DNA from: Octopus vulgaris
Lineage: Eukaryota
Assembly (NCBI GenBank): GCA_951406725.2
Contig: OX597829.1
Coordinates: 21,142,001-21,206,000, forward strand
Direction of reading: 5' to 3'
Length of the DNA stretch: 64,000 bases
Under the pieces are notes generated by a model. The model did no database searches and was not told the DNA's origin. It worked only from the letters and a program-made list of their open reading frames with translations. Below are positions 1 to 11,767 of the stretch, in pieces (position 1 is the first letter of the stretch; each line of letters opens with the position of its first letter). The translations under genes and the position numbers were made by a program.

Positions 1-1712
1 TATGTCTCTACATCTCTTCTCTTCCCTCAATATTTCTGCTTCATGTACTATGTTTACCTCCCACTCCCCAGTCCTGTCCTCTTGGCCCTGTGCCACTGTA
101 TCATTGCTCTCCCTTAGTCCCTAACCTGTGTATTCCACCTACACATCCTGTCTCACTGTATTACTGCTATCTGCTGGCCCCCCCGACCTGTGTGTTCCAC
201 CCACACATAACAAGAAAACTTTTCACTCACCCTACCCCAACAAACCAATCTACATCTCCACAACTCTTCTCTTCCTCACATTTCTTCCTTCATACACTAT
301 GCCTAACTCTCACTCCCCAACCCTGTCCTCACAGCCCTGTTCCTGTGTACCATTGCTCTCTGGTAGCTGCCTGACTCTATATATGCCCAGTTTTTTCCCC
401 CTCCCCTCTCTTTAATCACACTTTCTTCGCAATATCCTGCCACTTATATTATTGCATTTTGGACCTCAAGTGTATGCCCTGGCACTTGCCACAACCTATA
501 TTTCTCTCTTCCTTTACTCAACCATCCCATTTATATTCTGATCCCTGTCCCTTGTGAGTATACTTGGTATTTTGCTATCATCTTTATCATACTGTCTCCC
601 ACTCTCTCTCTCTCCTTCTCCTGGGCTTCCCTCAGGTTGGGTAACCATGTATTTCCCATGTGGTAGCGCACTTGTTTCTGTCTTCATTCCTAATCTCTCT
701 CTCTCTTTCTCCAGCCAGGTAACCTTTTACTTCCTCTACAGCAAGACACCTGTTTCTGTCTCTCTGTCTCACTATAACCTTTCATCATCCGACACAATGT
801 CTCCTCCCCTCTTTTCTTTGTCTTGCAAGTACTTGGTGACCCTGTCAGTGCAGGTGCCACTTAAAAGCACCCAGTCTACACTGTAAAGTGGCTGATGTTT
901 GGAAGTGCATCCAGCTGTAAAAACCTTGCCAAAACTGACCTTGCCTGTGCTTGTGCTATGTAAAAAGCACTAAGTCCACTCTGCTGAGTGGTTGATGTTA
1001 GGAAGGGCATCCAGCTGTAAAAATCCTGCCAAAACAGTCACAGAAGTCTGCTGCAGACTTCTTCCTGACTGGCTCTAGTCAAACCATCCCACCCATGCCA
1101 GCATGGAAGGTGGATGTTAAATGATGACAATGATTATAAATATATATATATATATATATATTACCGATTGGTAAAATCAGCCATAATGGATATATAATAC
1201 TGTACACTGATAAATATATTTACTTACATATACATACATATATACACACACATGCATATTTATATATATATACACACACATGCCTACTCATTTGTCTTGT
1301 ATTCCACAAAGCCTTTCTTTATAACTTATCAACACTTCCTTTTACTGGCAACTTCAGTATTCTTGCTGTCCTTAACAGTTATTATGATTAAAACTAGGAA
1401 ACCAATTTTTCTTGTTCTTTAAGTCTTCCACTATCATTGTAGTTATATATATATATATATAAAAAAACTATAAAATATATCATTTTTAATCAATGGAAAA
1501 TGTATATCTACAAATAAAAACAAACCAAAAATAAACTGAAGAAACACAAAAAGAAATCAAATTATAGAGATAGCTGGATAAACTTTTTTGTTGTCTCTGG
1601 AACAAGACACATGAAATAAAAGAGGAATACCGTTGCATCATTGTACAACAGTACATTTGAGAACAAAAATAACATCCACAAGAACAACATTAGCAGAAAT
1701 AATAACAAAATC

Positions 1713-1808
1713 TCAGTATTTCCATATATGGAACTGATGAGTAGTAGTGGAAATTAGTTTTAATAAGAGAGGACTAAGATCAATAGTCTTCAGTTTCACC
1801 AGCATTCT
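1713..1808 (-). CDS. FCHSD2: Putative terminal coding exon (RMLVKLK...WKY* ending 1713 in phase 0, or ENAGETEDY* ending 1780 in phase 1)
   Basis: Strong polypyrimidine tract ttccttttttctctcag; the frame depends on which upstream donor is used. Confidence 0.55.
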   Translation of the reverse strand, partial: RMLVKLKTIDLSPLLLKLISTTTHQFHIWKY

Positions 1809-1911
1809 CTGAGAGAAAAAGGAAGATAAATCTACAACCATAATTAAGGATTTCCTGGAATGAAAAATGATTAAGAAAATATTGAAAAATGTTTAATCCT
1901 TTTAAACTTAC

Positions 1912-2447
1912 AGAATCTTCCCCATGTGTTTTGGAGTCTGCACTGGTCTCCTCATGCAGACTAGGTTTATCCACCGAACTTGAGTCTTTCACAGAAGTTG
2001 CTTGTTCAGAAGATTCTGTTCCATTAGCAGATTTGGTTTTAGATGATGATTCTGTTTTCTCCAGAGACTCAGTGTCTCCAATGGGTTCTGCCTTATCTTG
2101 TGACTGGTCAAGTGAGCCAGGTTTAGAGTCTAAATTCTGCTGTTGGTCAGGTAAATCTGACTCGACAGCTGATTCTACTTGATCCAAAGAACCAGATGTT
2201 TGTTTTGTAGATTCTTCAGGCTTACTAGAATCAGTTGTTTTGCTTTGTTCTGCATCAACTACTTCAGTCTCTGCTACTGCATTTACATCTTTGGTTTCTT
2301 CAGATGCAGCAGCAGAATCAGAAGAACCTTCAATGTCAGAAGTTGGTGGTTTTTCACATTCCTTTGGTTCAGATACTTGTTCTCCAGTAGAAGCTGTGGT
2401 GGTGGTTGTAGTAGTAGTTGTAGTTGAAGTGGAATCATCAGTTTTTG
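1912..2447 (-). CDS. FCHSD2: Low-complexity acidic Ser/Thr-rich exon (AKTDDSTSTTTTTTTTTASTGEQV...THGEDS)
   Basis: tttcag acceptor, 536-nt stop-free frame contiguous with ORF 1780..2187, TCT|gtaagt donor; phase 1 to 0. Confidence 0.72.
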
Positions 2448-2574
2448 CTGAAATTTATATTAAAAAATATTTAGAAATAATTGCCTTAATATATATGATA
2501 TTTTGCTTAGACATAGCAAGACAAATAACCTGGTGTAGAACTCAATAGATGTATGGTCCAGAGCATAGGATTAG

Positions 2575-2893
2575 GAGCACTCTGTCGGTTGCGATGACGA
2601 GGGTCCCAGCTGATACGATCAACGGAACAGCTTGCTCGTGAAATTAATGTGTAACTGGCTGAGCACTCCACAGACACATGTACCTTTAATGTAGTTCTTG
2701 GGGAGATTCAGCATGACACAGTGTGTGACAAGGCTGCTCTTTTAAATACAGGTACTACTCATTTTTGCCAGCTGAGTGGACTGGAGCAACGTGAAATAAA
2801 GTGTCTTGCTCAAGGACACAATGCACTGCTGGGAATTGAACTCATGACCTTACGATCATGAGTCAAATGCCCCTAACCACTAAGCCACATGCC
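2575..2893 (-). mobile_element. tRNA-derived SINE with a CORE-like domain
   Basis: A box tggcttagtgg, B box gagttcaattcc, then ccttgagcaagacactttatttc; related copies at 9140-9480(-), 28180-28495(+), 28670-29003(-) and 40604-40926(-). Confidence 0.85.
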
Positions 2894-2953
2894 TGAGTAT
2901 AGAGTGGTAATAAAAACATCAGAAAAACCAAATGTTATGTAATGAACTTCATT

Positions 2954-3035
2954 AGCTTACAGCTGTTTCTGCTAATAAGATGTAGAGAACTCTTAGTTGA
3001 GTATCAGGATAACATCCTATAGCTTCATCAGAACT
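2954..3035 (-). ncRNA. Minimal type I hammerhead ribozyme motif, Penelope-like
   Basis: Minus strand AGTT-CTGATGA-A-GCTATAGGATGT...ACATCTTATTAGC-A-GAAAC-AGCT-GTA-AGCT: core motifs intact, stems I, II and III form, GUA site. Confidence 0.7.
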
Positions 3036-3999
3036 TTGAATATAAAGTGCACTTTATTTGGGAAGTTACATTTTCAGAACATCCAGGTGTTATGAGTGAG
3101 AAAGTTTATGTTGATAGATATGGAAAGTTCTATCCCATATATAAATATGGTTCAGGGATCCGAGAATAGGAAGTTTGTAAGCTTCAAGTAGTAGGCAGTC
3201 AATATAGAGAACAAAAAGTGGACAGTATACAGTAAGATACAATAACAATTTATTGACATTGAGGGTTACACATTTTCCTCCGTATTGAAATTGCAAAGAA
3301 ATTTGTGAAACTGATGGCTTTTATACAGCTCACTATTAGCAACTAATGTTGCTTAAAATGCAAATAAAGTTCCCAATTGAGAAGCTACATATGTTTCTTA
3401 ACTAGCTGTCACTCATTATGTAAGTGTTAGGCAATGAACTCTTCTCAACATAGTTAATCATCAGGCGGCAATTACTTTAATGAAGTTTACATGCAGCACA
3501 GAATTCCTAAGTCAGCCACAACACAATGGTGAGTCCAACAGAACAGAAAAATCAATAGCACAATAAAAAGTCCACAAAAAATTTTAGAGAACCAATGGTT
3601 TAGAGTCAAAGTGTAGGAAGAAAACAAGGAAGAAAAGGAAAGAAAGAAGAAAAAGAATATTGTTATGGGGTATGTATTGACTGTACTTGAAAAGACATGT
3701 CAAGTTAAGTAAAACCACTGTCTTCCATACATACAGGCTTGTCCTTTTGGGAGCTGGTACCACATAAAAAGCATTGCTGGTACTGTATAAATGCACCTGC
3801 GCTGGTGACATGTAAAAGGCACCTAACACTCTCTGTTAAGTGGTTGGCATTAGGAAGGGCATCCAGCTATAGAAACCATAAGGGGCTGATGAAATATATA
3901 ATATAAATTTTTATTTTAGAAAATGATTGTGTATTAGACTTATTGAATTTTAAAATAGTTCGGGACAAAAATACAAAAAGCTGGCTATCTAGAACACTT

Positions 4000-4315
4000 G
4001 GAGGTGCAGTGGCCCAGTGGTTAGGGCAGCAGACTCACGGTCGATGGATTGCAGTTTCGATTCCCAGACTGGGCGTTGTGAGTGTTTATTGAGCAAAAAC
4101 ATCTAAAGCTCCACGAGGCTCTGGCAGTGGGGGTGGTGGTGGCGATCCCTGCTGTACTCTTTTGCCACAACTTTCTCTCACTCTTTCTTCTGTTGGCCTG
4201 CTTGCTTAACCAGCAGGGTGGCATCATTTGAAGGCTAAAATAATGCGAATCGCTTTGTGACCAGCGATGTGTAACAACATCTGATAGCCTGGTCGGTCAT
4301 GGTGATCATGGTGAT
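4000..4315 (+). mobile_element. tRNA-derived SINE
   Basis: A box tggcccagtgg, B box gtttcgattcc; short tandem tail ggtgatcat; flanking tctagaacactt TSD. Confidence 0.85.
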
Positions 4316-4408
4316 CTAGAACACTTAGTAGCTTTTGCTGTGGAAGAAATTCTTACAAATTGGAATTCGAATGAGTTAAAAGGCTTTTAAAGTATAGCAG
4401 ACGCATAC

Positions 4409-4419
4409 CTGTAATAACC
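4409..4419 (-). CDS. Candidate 11-nt microexon (GVITA), phase 2 to 1
   Basis: tttcttcttgtcaattcag|GGTTATTACAG|gtatgc; restores the frame after the 20-nt candidate. Confidence 0.33.
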
Positions 4420-4447
4420 CTGAATTGACAAGAAGAAATTTATTTAC

Positions 4448-4562
4448 CTTGGCCATTTGATAATGAAGGTGGTGTTAATCTATCTGGTGTTGGTAATGTG
4501 ACCATAACTGGAGGAGGTGGGGCAAAATCTGGGGGACCGCCTTTTACAGGAGTCAGCAAATC
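4448..4562 (-). CDS. FCHSD2: FCHSD2-like proline-rich exon (DLLTPVKGGPPDFAPPPPVMVTLPTPDRLTPPSLSNGQ)
   Basis: Polypyrimidine tract plus tandem aag/cag acceptor (4565 or 4562), CAA G|gtaaat donor; phase 0 to 1 fits both neighbours. Confidence 0.8.
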
Positions 4563-5218
4563 CTGCTTTAAAAGATAAAAACAAAAAGTATAAATTAATA
4601 TTACATTTCATTTGAAATTTTTAAATTCATACCGACCCATGCAAGTATGGTAAAATGGATGTTAAAACCTATGATGATGATTGACCAATGTAATAATCAT
4701 TTTTCTCCCTCTTTATATACATGTATGTCATTATTCAGTTTTATTTCACGATTTCTTGCCAATAAAGAAAAAGCCAGTTTCAAACCAAGATCCAAGACTC
4801 CTTCATTGAAATTTCAACAACCTCAACAGGGTATTTTTGCATGTATGTATGTGTGCAGTATTTGGAGTCAGTGCATGTGCAGATTTATGTTTTGTGTATA
4901 TATTCTCATGCATATAGTTGAATGTCTAGACATGCTCATATATACTTAAATGATAAGCTTTTGGAAAGTTTTACAGAATTTTTACAGTTCCAGTGATGGA
5001 TTGGATCTGTAGTCTTCAAATCAGTTTTCCCCTTTCTGGCTTGAGAAGCCTAATTTCTCACAACTGGTATTTAGGCAGTGAACTACATATTCCAGTGCCT
5101 CAAAATTACAGGTATAAACCTGAACTTGTAATGTGGATAGAGTAGGTGTACATGTATGTATGTTTTCATGTATACAAGTATGTATACGTGGATGTAAATA
5201 TATGCACATATGTAAGTA

Positions 5219-5258
<40 letters not shown>

Positions 5259-5259
<1 letters not shown>

Positions 5260-6121
5260 GAGGAGGTACCCAAAAGAAACTGGAATTTTGCAATATTATT
5301 TTATTCCTTTAGTTTTACATGTTCATACTTTTATTGCCTTCAAAGTATTCTCCATTTGAAGCAATGCATCAGTCCAGATGTGTTTTCCACTGTTTGAAAT
5401 AATGGCTGGAACTCTTGCAAAGCGATGCCTTTTAATGCCTCCTTTGTTTTTTTCTTCACTTCTTCAACATCTGCAAATTCCGTAGCACCAACTTTCATCA
5501 CCAGTGTTGACTTTAGAAAAAAAGGTCCAGATCAATTTCCAACTGTTGTTTCAGTTCAAGACACACATTCAGTTGTGACTGCTTTTGATCTTCCGTGAGC
5601 AAATGAGGCACAAATTTTGCTGCAACTCTTTTCACTCACAATTTCTCGCTCAAAATTCTTTGGCAGGAGCTTCAGGACACACCAGTCATGTAAACAAGTT
5701 CACCAATTATTCATTGATGGTCCCCCAAGATCAGTTCATGAATTTTCATGATGCTTTCATTTGTTTGGGAGGCTGACGGATGCTCTGAACAAGGTTGGTC
5801 TTCAAGTAACAAGTGACCATTCCTAAAGCGTGAAAAACCATTCATAAACTTGCATTTTGCACATGGCAGCATCCTTGTAAGCCGTCTGAAGCATGACAAC
5901 TGTTTTAGCTGCTGTTCCTTCATTTCAGACATCGCAAAAATTGACAAATATGGGAGAAGCACTGCAAAGCAAAGACGCACCAGGTGGCAGTAGGGCTACA
6001 CTTGATGCTACTGGTCAACATACTGATGCCTGAAGGACACATCAAGTGGATTCTAGTGGTGGAAGCCAAAACTATAATGGGCTTGTTCCACAGAGACTGT
6101 TTCCAATTACTTTTGGGTACC

Positions 6122-6127
<6 letters not shown>
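5259..6127 (-). mobile_element. Internally deleted mariner transposon
   Basis: TIRs tgaggaggtacccaaaagaaactggaa / ttccaattacttttgggtaccctctca within (TA)n; transposase remnants EDQPCSEHPS, AKFVPHLLTEDQK, TGDESWCY and GEYFEG. Confidence 0.88.
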
Positions 6128-6189
<62 letters not shown>

Positions 6190-6283
6190 TAAGAGGGGGA
6201 TAAATCATTGTTACATTGTTTTGATAAGTACCATGCACTAATCTCTTAGCTCTTGAGTCACTTTGTAACTTCAGTCACTTAAA

Positions 6284-6327
<44 letters not shown>

Positions 6328-7289
6328 CAGTAACTGAAAGAAAGCTGTTGAACATGTCTGTGTGCATTTGTATCTCCTTATCTTGACATCATGTAATAGC
6401 TTTAATCAAGCATTACCATGAAACAAGCAGTGTTCTTCATTGCCAATCTCCCATGTAAACATGTCACATAATGGGAAATATTATCTTGCTTGGAAACAGG
6501 TAAGAATTGATGTCAAGATGAGCGTCCAGATGTAAAAAAAATCTACCCCAATAAATTTTGCCTGATTCATGCAAGCACAGAAAGGTGATATTGAAATAAT
6601 GATGATGATATATGTATATGTATGTATATATGTAGGTATGTATGTAACAATAATGCATGTATATGTAACCGTGCACATAAAAATGCTGTGATTTAGTTAC
6701 CATTTTCACTAAGTCTAAACAGAATGATCGCTCAAATGGTTACTGTGTTAACTTAGTTGTTTACTATGTACACTAGTTATCACTCTGACAAGCTGCTTAA
6801 TCATCATTCTATCACATATATAGCCATAACATCAGGCATGAAGCAAGGTTGGATCATGCAAATCTGAGATAGTAACTATTTTTACCATTTTCAAACATAA
6901 ACTTCAGAAAATCAGCTGACTGCCTATGGGATATAACAGTCCAACTGATTTTGTTCTTTCTACAAAATGAGACATGCATTTGGCTGTGGAGACCATACTT
7001 CTTGGTAAGGCTATGTGCTTCTCTTTATTGACTAGTGATTAAAGAATTCAGGGTTAAAAACCAGTTAAGTGAACCACCAGGAGAAAGAGAATGTCACAAA
7101 TTGAAATTATGGTAAACCTTTTTATGGATACAATGGTGAAACAACTGGATATCTATTATTTTTTATTATAAATGTTAGTTGATTTATAATCATCCAAGTT
7201 CTATCCATGTCATTTGTTCACCATGAGAAAAGAGCATATCAAGCTGAAATTAAGGTAAATTTTTTTATGCATACTTTGGTGAAACTCTC

Positions 7290-7327
<38 letters not shown>

Positions 7328-7759
7328 GTTAGTTGATTTATAATCATTCAAGTTTTAGTTGTGTCATTTGCAAAGTATTATATTGTTTTGAGCTTTACTC
7401 TGCTCTAGTATTTGATCTATTATCTCGGTGTCAGAAAGTGTTCATGTATTTTCTGAATTTGGTATCTTCCACAGCACCTGAATTATCATCATCATCTGGT
7501 TGAGCTTGCTCAGACATTTTAAATCCACACACATTATCCAGCTCAGTCCTGCATCAGTTGAAGGAAGTCTTTTGGCTAGCTGCCAGTGTCTCTGGTGAAT
7601 TGATCTATGAGGTGCATCTAAAAAGTATTCAACTTTATTTTTTCCTGCTATAAGTAATGCCCCAAAGGCAAAATCTTTAGGGTTAGGTGACACTACTCTT
7701 CTTTAAATAGAATTTTTTTGTGCAACTGTAGATGCAGTCATTTTATAAAGAGCAACAGC

Positions 7760-7960
7760 CTGGATACTTACCAAATCTAAGCTAGATAGAACTTATACTT
7801 GAATGTTAAGAGCAGTCTTAAACATATCTTGGTGAACTCATCCCATCAAGAAACAGTTGTATGGAGATATCCTGCCTGTTTCCACCATAATAAGGGAAAA
7901 CCATTTGTGCTTTGTAGGACATTGCTGGTGAGCTAAACAAGAGCTGGTCAGTGACCTGAA
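7760..7960 (+). mobile_element. RTE-like LINE fragment
   Basis: Degenerate LDRTYT*MLRAVLNISW*THP..KQLYGDILPVSTIIRENHLCFVGHCW. Confidence 0.7.
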
Positions 7961-10900
7961 TTATACTTAGACTAAATGCATTAAAATTTAAACTTCAGGT
8001 TCTGGATAGAAATATAACCATGGATTCTCCACTATTGAACATGAAACCAGTGTTTTAGTTTACTTCTAGGCAAATTCTAAATGAGCAGAACTATGAATAA
8101 AGGCATTCCAGCCATGACCACTCTGTCATCTTTAGAGGTTGTTTGAGATTACATTATCTAGTGTGTTCTTCCCTTTTAAGACAGAGTATGATATGACAGA
8201 TATTGCTGCTATTTCTAGAAGGTTGATTGAACAACGATGAGAAATATTTTCCATTTTCTTTTCTAAATTCTCCTTTAGAGCTACTAATTAATTGACTGAT
8301 CAGTTAAATATTATTTATGATTCTTCCATTGAGTTCTAGTTGCGAGTAATATCTAAGTCTGAATAATATTTAAAGCCAGAACAAAATATATCTTATAATT
8401 GGTGATCATTATCTAAATATTGTATAGGAATTATGACTTTGAATATAAAGTTTATAGTAGTTGTGTAGTTGCTAAGCATTTTCTTTCAGAATTATTGACT
8501 GCTGGTCTTGTCTCCTGAACATTCGGCAAAAGCCCATGAAACTAAATAGATGTAGCATATACAGCAGATTTAATTAGTCCAGAGTCACAGAACTGGATGA
8601 GAAAACTATATTCAGAAAGTAGACAAGTGAACATTGATGGTGACTCATAAACCTGAACATTTCTGCCAAGTAAATTCAGTGAAAATTTGCTTTCAGTTAA
8701 CATTGAAACCTTAACCAGTCAATTAAACATCCAAAATGAAATAGGATTTGCTTGATTTTTCAACAATGTAAAATGAGAAAAATTGAAAAAAAAAACGTCT
8801 AAAATAAAAATGAAGAAAAAGCACAAAAATAAAACAGTAAAAAAAAAAGTGTACTGGATAACAAAATATAAAAAGAAAAATGAAACAAAATGTACTTTGT
8901 TACTTGATTGGGATTCATGTTGACTTTTGATTTACTGTATGAATGGTTCTAGATACAACTGTGTTTTTAAGAAGTTAAGTTCACCTTACAATTATATATT
9001 TTTTTTTAGGTTCAATCCCTAAGCAGGCATCTTGGGCAGGTGCCTTCTAGCATAAGCTTTGGGTTGACCAAAGCCTTGGAAGTGAAATTTGGAAGGTGGA
9101 AATTGCAGAAATCAGCTAGATGCACACGTATATGTATAAGGATAAAGACCCTCTTTGGTCATGAATGACCATGGAATTGCACCGAAAAAGTTACCCTTCA
9201 AGGCACAGGTCCAGGCAAGGTTGTTTATGGAAGACCAACTGCCACCCAGGCATACTGGCCTCCCCTCTCCTTGCCACCGATGTTATCCAAAGGAAAGGCA
9301 AAGGTCAATACAGCTTGGCACCAGTAATGTTACAACTCATTTCTACAGCTGAGTGAACTGGAGCACTGTGAAATAAAGTGCCTTGCCCAAGAACACAACA
9401 TACAACCTGGTCCAGGAATTGAACTCACTACCTCATGATTGTGAGTCCAATGCCCTAACCACTGAGTCATGTGCCTTCACACTTATATATAGAGACAGGG
9501 GATGACATAATTGATGCATCAAACAAAAATCTCTTGTGGTATTTAGTTCTGTCCTTTTATGTTATAACTTTGTCTTTTTTTTCCAGATCTACTTCGCCTT
9601 AGTTCATATCAAGGTTGATAAAATAGAAAGGTGTGTTTCTGGATATAATTGCCTAAAATCCTTGTAAATGATGTTCTTTTTATAGACACATTCCAATGAT
9701 TAATCAGTAAACAAATTAAAATAATATTAAGATATTAAATAGTGATTAATGAAATAAAAGATGATTTTGATTAAGATGTGAGATAAGTATATTTGCAAAA
9801 GAGACACACTGAGATAGAGTAATGAGTGAGGGTGTTAATTTTAGTATCAAACCAAATGATCCTGGAGTTATGATGTAAAGGCAGGAGTGAGAAAAGTAGA
9901 GGACAATAAAAATCAACTTTGAGCACTAAAAATACGTTTCTAGTACTGATATAAATTTGTTAAAAATGATTTATCCTTTATGTTGGAAATCTATATGGTC
10001 ATCTACTTCTGAGTCGAGTGTTTTCTTTAAAATTGATGTAAAATGGAGCCACTTGAAATGCTTGTAATGTATTGATGCCTGGACATCCTTGTTATTTATT
10101 TACATTCTATTCACCTAACTTGGAGCTGTGCGTACTATACCGAACTGACTTGGTGCCTCAATTTAAGTACCTAATTCAACTGAATCTTATATATATATAT
10201 ATTTATATGCACACGCACATATTATTATTATTATCTAAAATAGTTTCATTCAACCTCACCCAACTTAAAGTTTAGGAAACCTGTTACAGGACCCTACCTC
10301 ATATGTGTATATAAATAAACCGATGCAAAACATGTGTAACTATATTAAAATATTCAAATCAGACTCTTTAACCAAACTTTTAGCATGAAAGCTTCATTGG
10401 GAAACAGCAAGAGGAAAAGATATTGACAAGCCTATTAAAATGTGTTGCACTCTTCTATAGGGGAGGGGATTTTTACATGAATTGGACAAATTCTTCAATT
10501 AGTAGAACTTCTGCCAACAGTTGTGGATGTTCAATTTAGGCTCTTTAGTCCATTTAGTTATTCAATATCCAGTCAATTTTTCAAGTCTGATATTTGAAAT
10601 TCAATTTCTATACATAAATATGAACAATAAAAAAAGAAATTCATAAATTAAAATAACTATTTTACCTTTCTTTTAAAATGCTACTATAGAACGTACTTTT
10701 TTTTTTTACAGTAGTTAGTGATGTTTATACTTTCACATTTTCATTGGCTCTATATATTAAGTGAGATGTTTCCAGGAATTAAAAGAAATTAATAAAAACA
10801 AAATTGTGTAAGAGCAAAAACAAAGGAACAAATGAGATATCCTCCACTCAGAAACTGGGATCAAAATAAATACAGCAGTATGATATGGTGTCTACTAAAG

Positions 10901-11381
10901 TTTCCCAAAGTCTAGATGATTGGCGTCAAACTGGGCAAAAGTTTAAGTCTACCACTTAGTTAGAAGTGAGTGACACCACTACATGCAGAATCTGATCTGG
11001 AACAATGTTATTAGATGATCTTATCCCATACCTCAAAGCATAAATAATAATTATAAAAACCAAATTTTATTTCTTATTTAAGCAATGATACTTTTGAACA
11101 AAATAAATAAAGCAGGAATAAGAAAAAAACAAAAAACAAAACAAAAAATAAATTAATAAGAGAAAAGAGAATGAAAATAAACATGCTTTGATTAAATCTC
11201 ACACCACCTGCAAAGCTATTTAGCTGCTGTTGTTACTTGCTTTTAAATAATTTCCATAGAACATATTTCACTGACATGTTATTGTTATAAATATTTTTTT
11301 GTTAATATTCACTAAGAAAGCAATGTTAATGAAGAAGCAATGCTGCACCAAAAGACCTTTTGTTTGAATTTTAAACCTTAC

Positions 11382-11401
11382 CCGGAAGTTTCAAGACTTT
11401 C
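11382..11401 (-). CDS. Candidate 20-nt microexon (ESLETSG), phase 0 to 2
   Basis: ttttctcttgtttgaag|GAAAGTCTTGAAACTTCCGG|gtaagg. Confidence 0.35.
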
Positions 11402-11604
11402 CTTCAAACAAGAGAAATAATATTAAATAATAATAGGAAAAAAAAAAAATAATAACAAAAGATTAAGACACACACATACATAAACATATATATAAATAAA
11501 TATAATATTAATTAGAGACAAAACCACTATTATGCAAATCAAACAAAGAAAGACTTAATCCAATACATAAAAAATTTTATATAAATTAAATAAAATTAAG
11601 TTAT

Positions 11605-11650
11605 CCACTACAATTGTTTCCTGTCACTTCTAAGGACATTCATCAGGTGG
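11605..11650 (-). ncRNA. Hammerhead ribozyme motif, minus-strand copy in the perfect palindrome
   Basis: CCAC-CTGATGA-A-TGTC(cttagaagt)GACA-G-GAAAC-AATT-GTA-GTGG. Confidence 0.7.
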
Positions 11651-11721
11651 TTTCAAGACCTTCTATTCAATTTTAAATAATGAAGTCTTCATTATTTAAA
11701 ATTGAATAGAAGGTCTTGAAA

Positions 11722-11767
11722 CCACCTGATGAATGTCCTTAGAAGTGACAGGAAACAATTGTAGTGG
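11722..11767 (+). ncRNA. Hammerhead ribozyme motif, plus-strand copy in the perfect palindrome
   Basis: ccac ctgatga a tgtc cttagaagt gaca g gaaac aatt gta gtgg; stem I ccac/gtgg, palindromic stem III. Confidence 0.7.

Noticed and set aside
1-830. Pyrimidine-rich plus-strand ORFs (90..374, 128..415, 554..886)
   Set aside because: Low-complexity C/T-rich sequence running into a SINE-like repeat; no domain signal
1735-1770. Other CTGATGA occurrences (about 1735, 3886, 38180, 52186, 58187)
   Set aside because: No stem II plus GAAA plus stem I/III arrangement, so they were not called hammerheads
1889-2548. Plus-strand ORFs 1889..2182, 2179..2427 and 2240..2548
   Set aside because: Antisense shadows of the minus-strand low-complexity exon; the same applies to 15435..15617 and 53598..53792
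4000-4075. tRNA gene-like sequences with A and B boxes
   Set aside because: They continue into SINE bodies with TSDs and I could not form a full cloverleaf
7442-7693. 83-aa minus-strand ORF
   Set aside because: No recognisable motif and no donor that fits the gene model; probably a decayed repeat
10666-10680. Further AG..GT-bounded microexon candidates (10666-10680 and 8904-8948 on the minus strand)
   Set aside because: Weak pyrimidine tracts or donors and no homology; expected by chance in AT-rich introns
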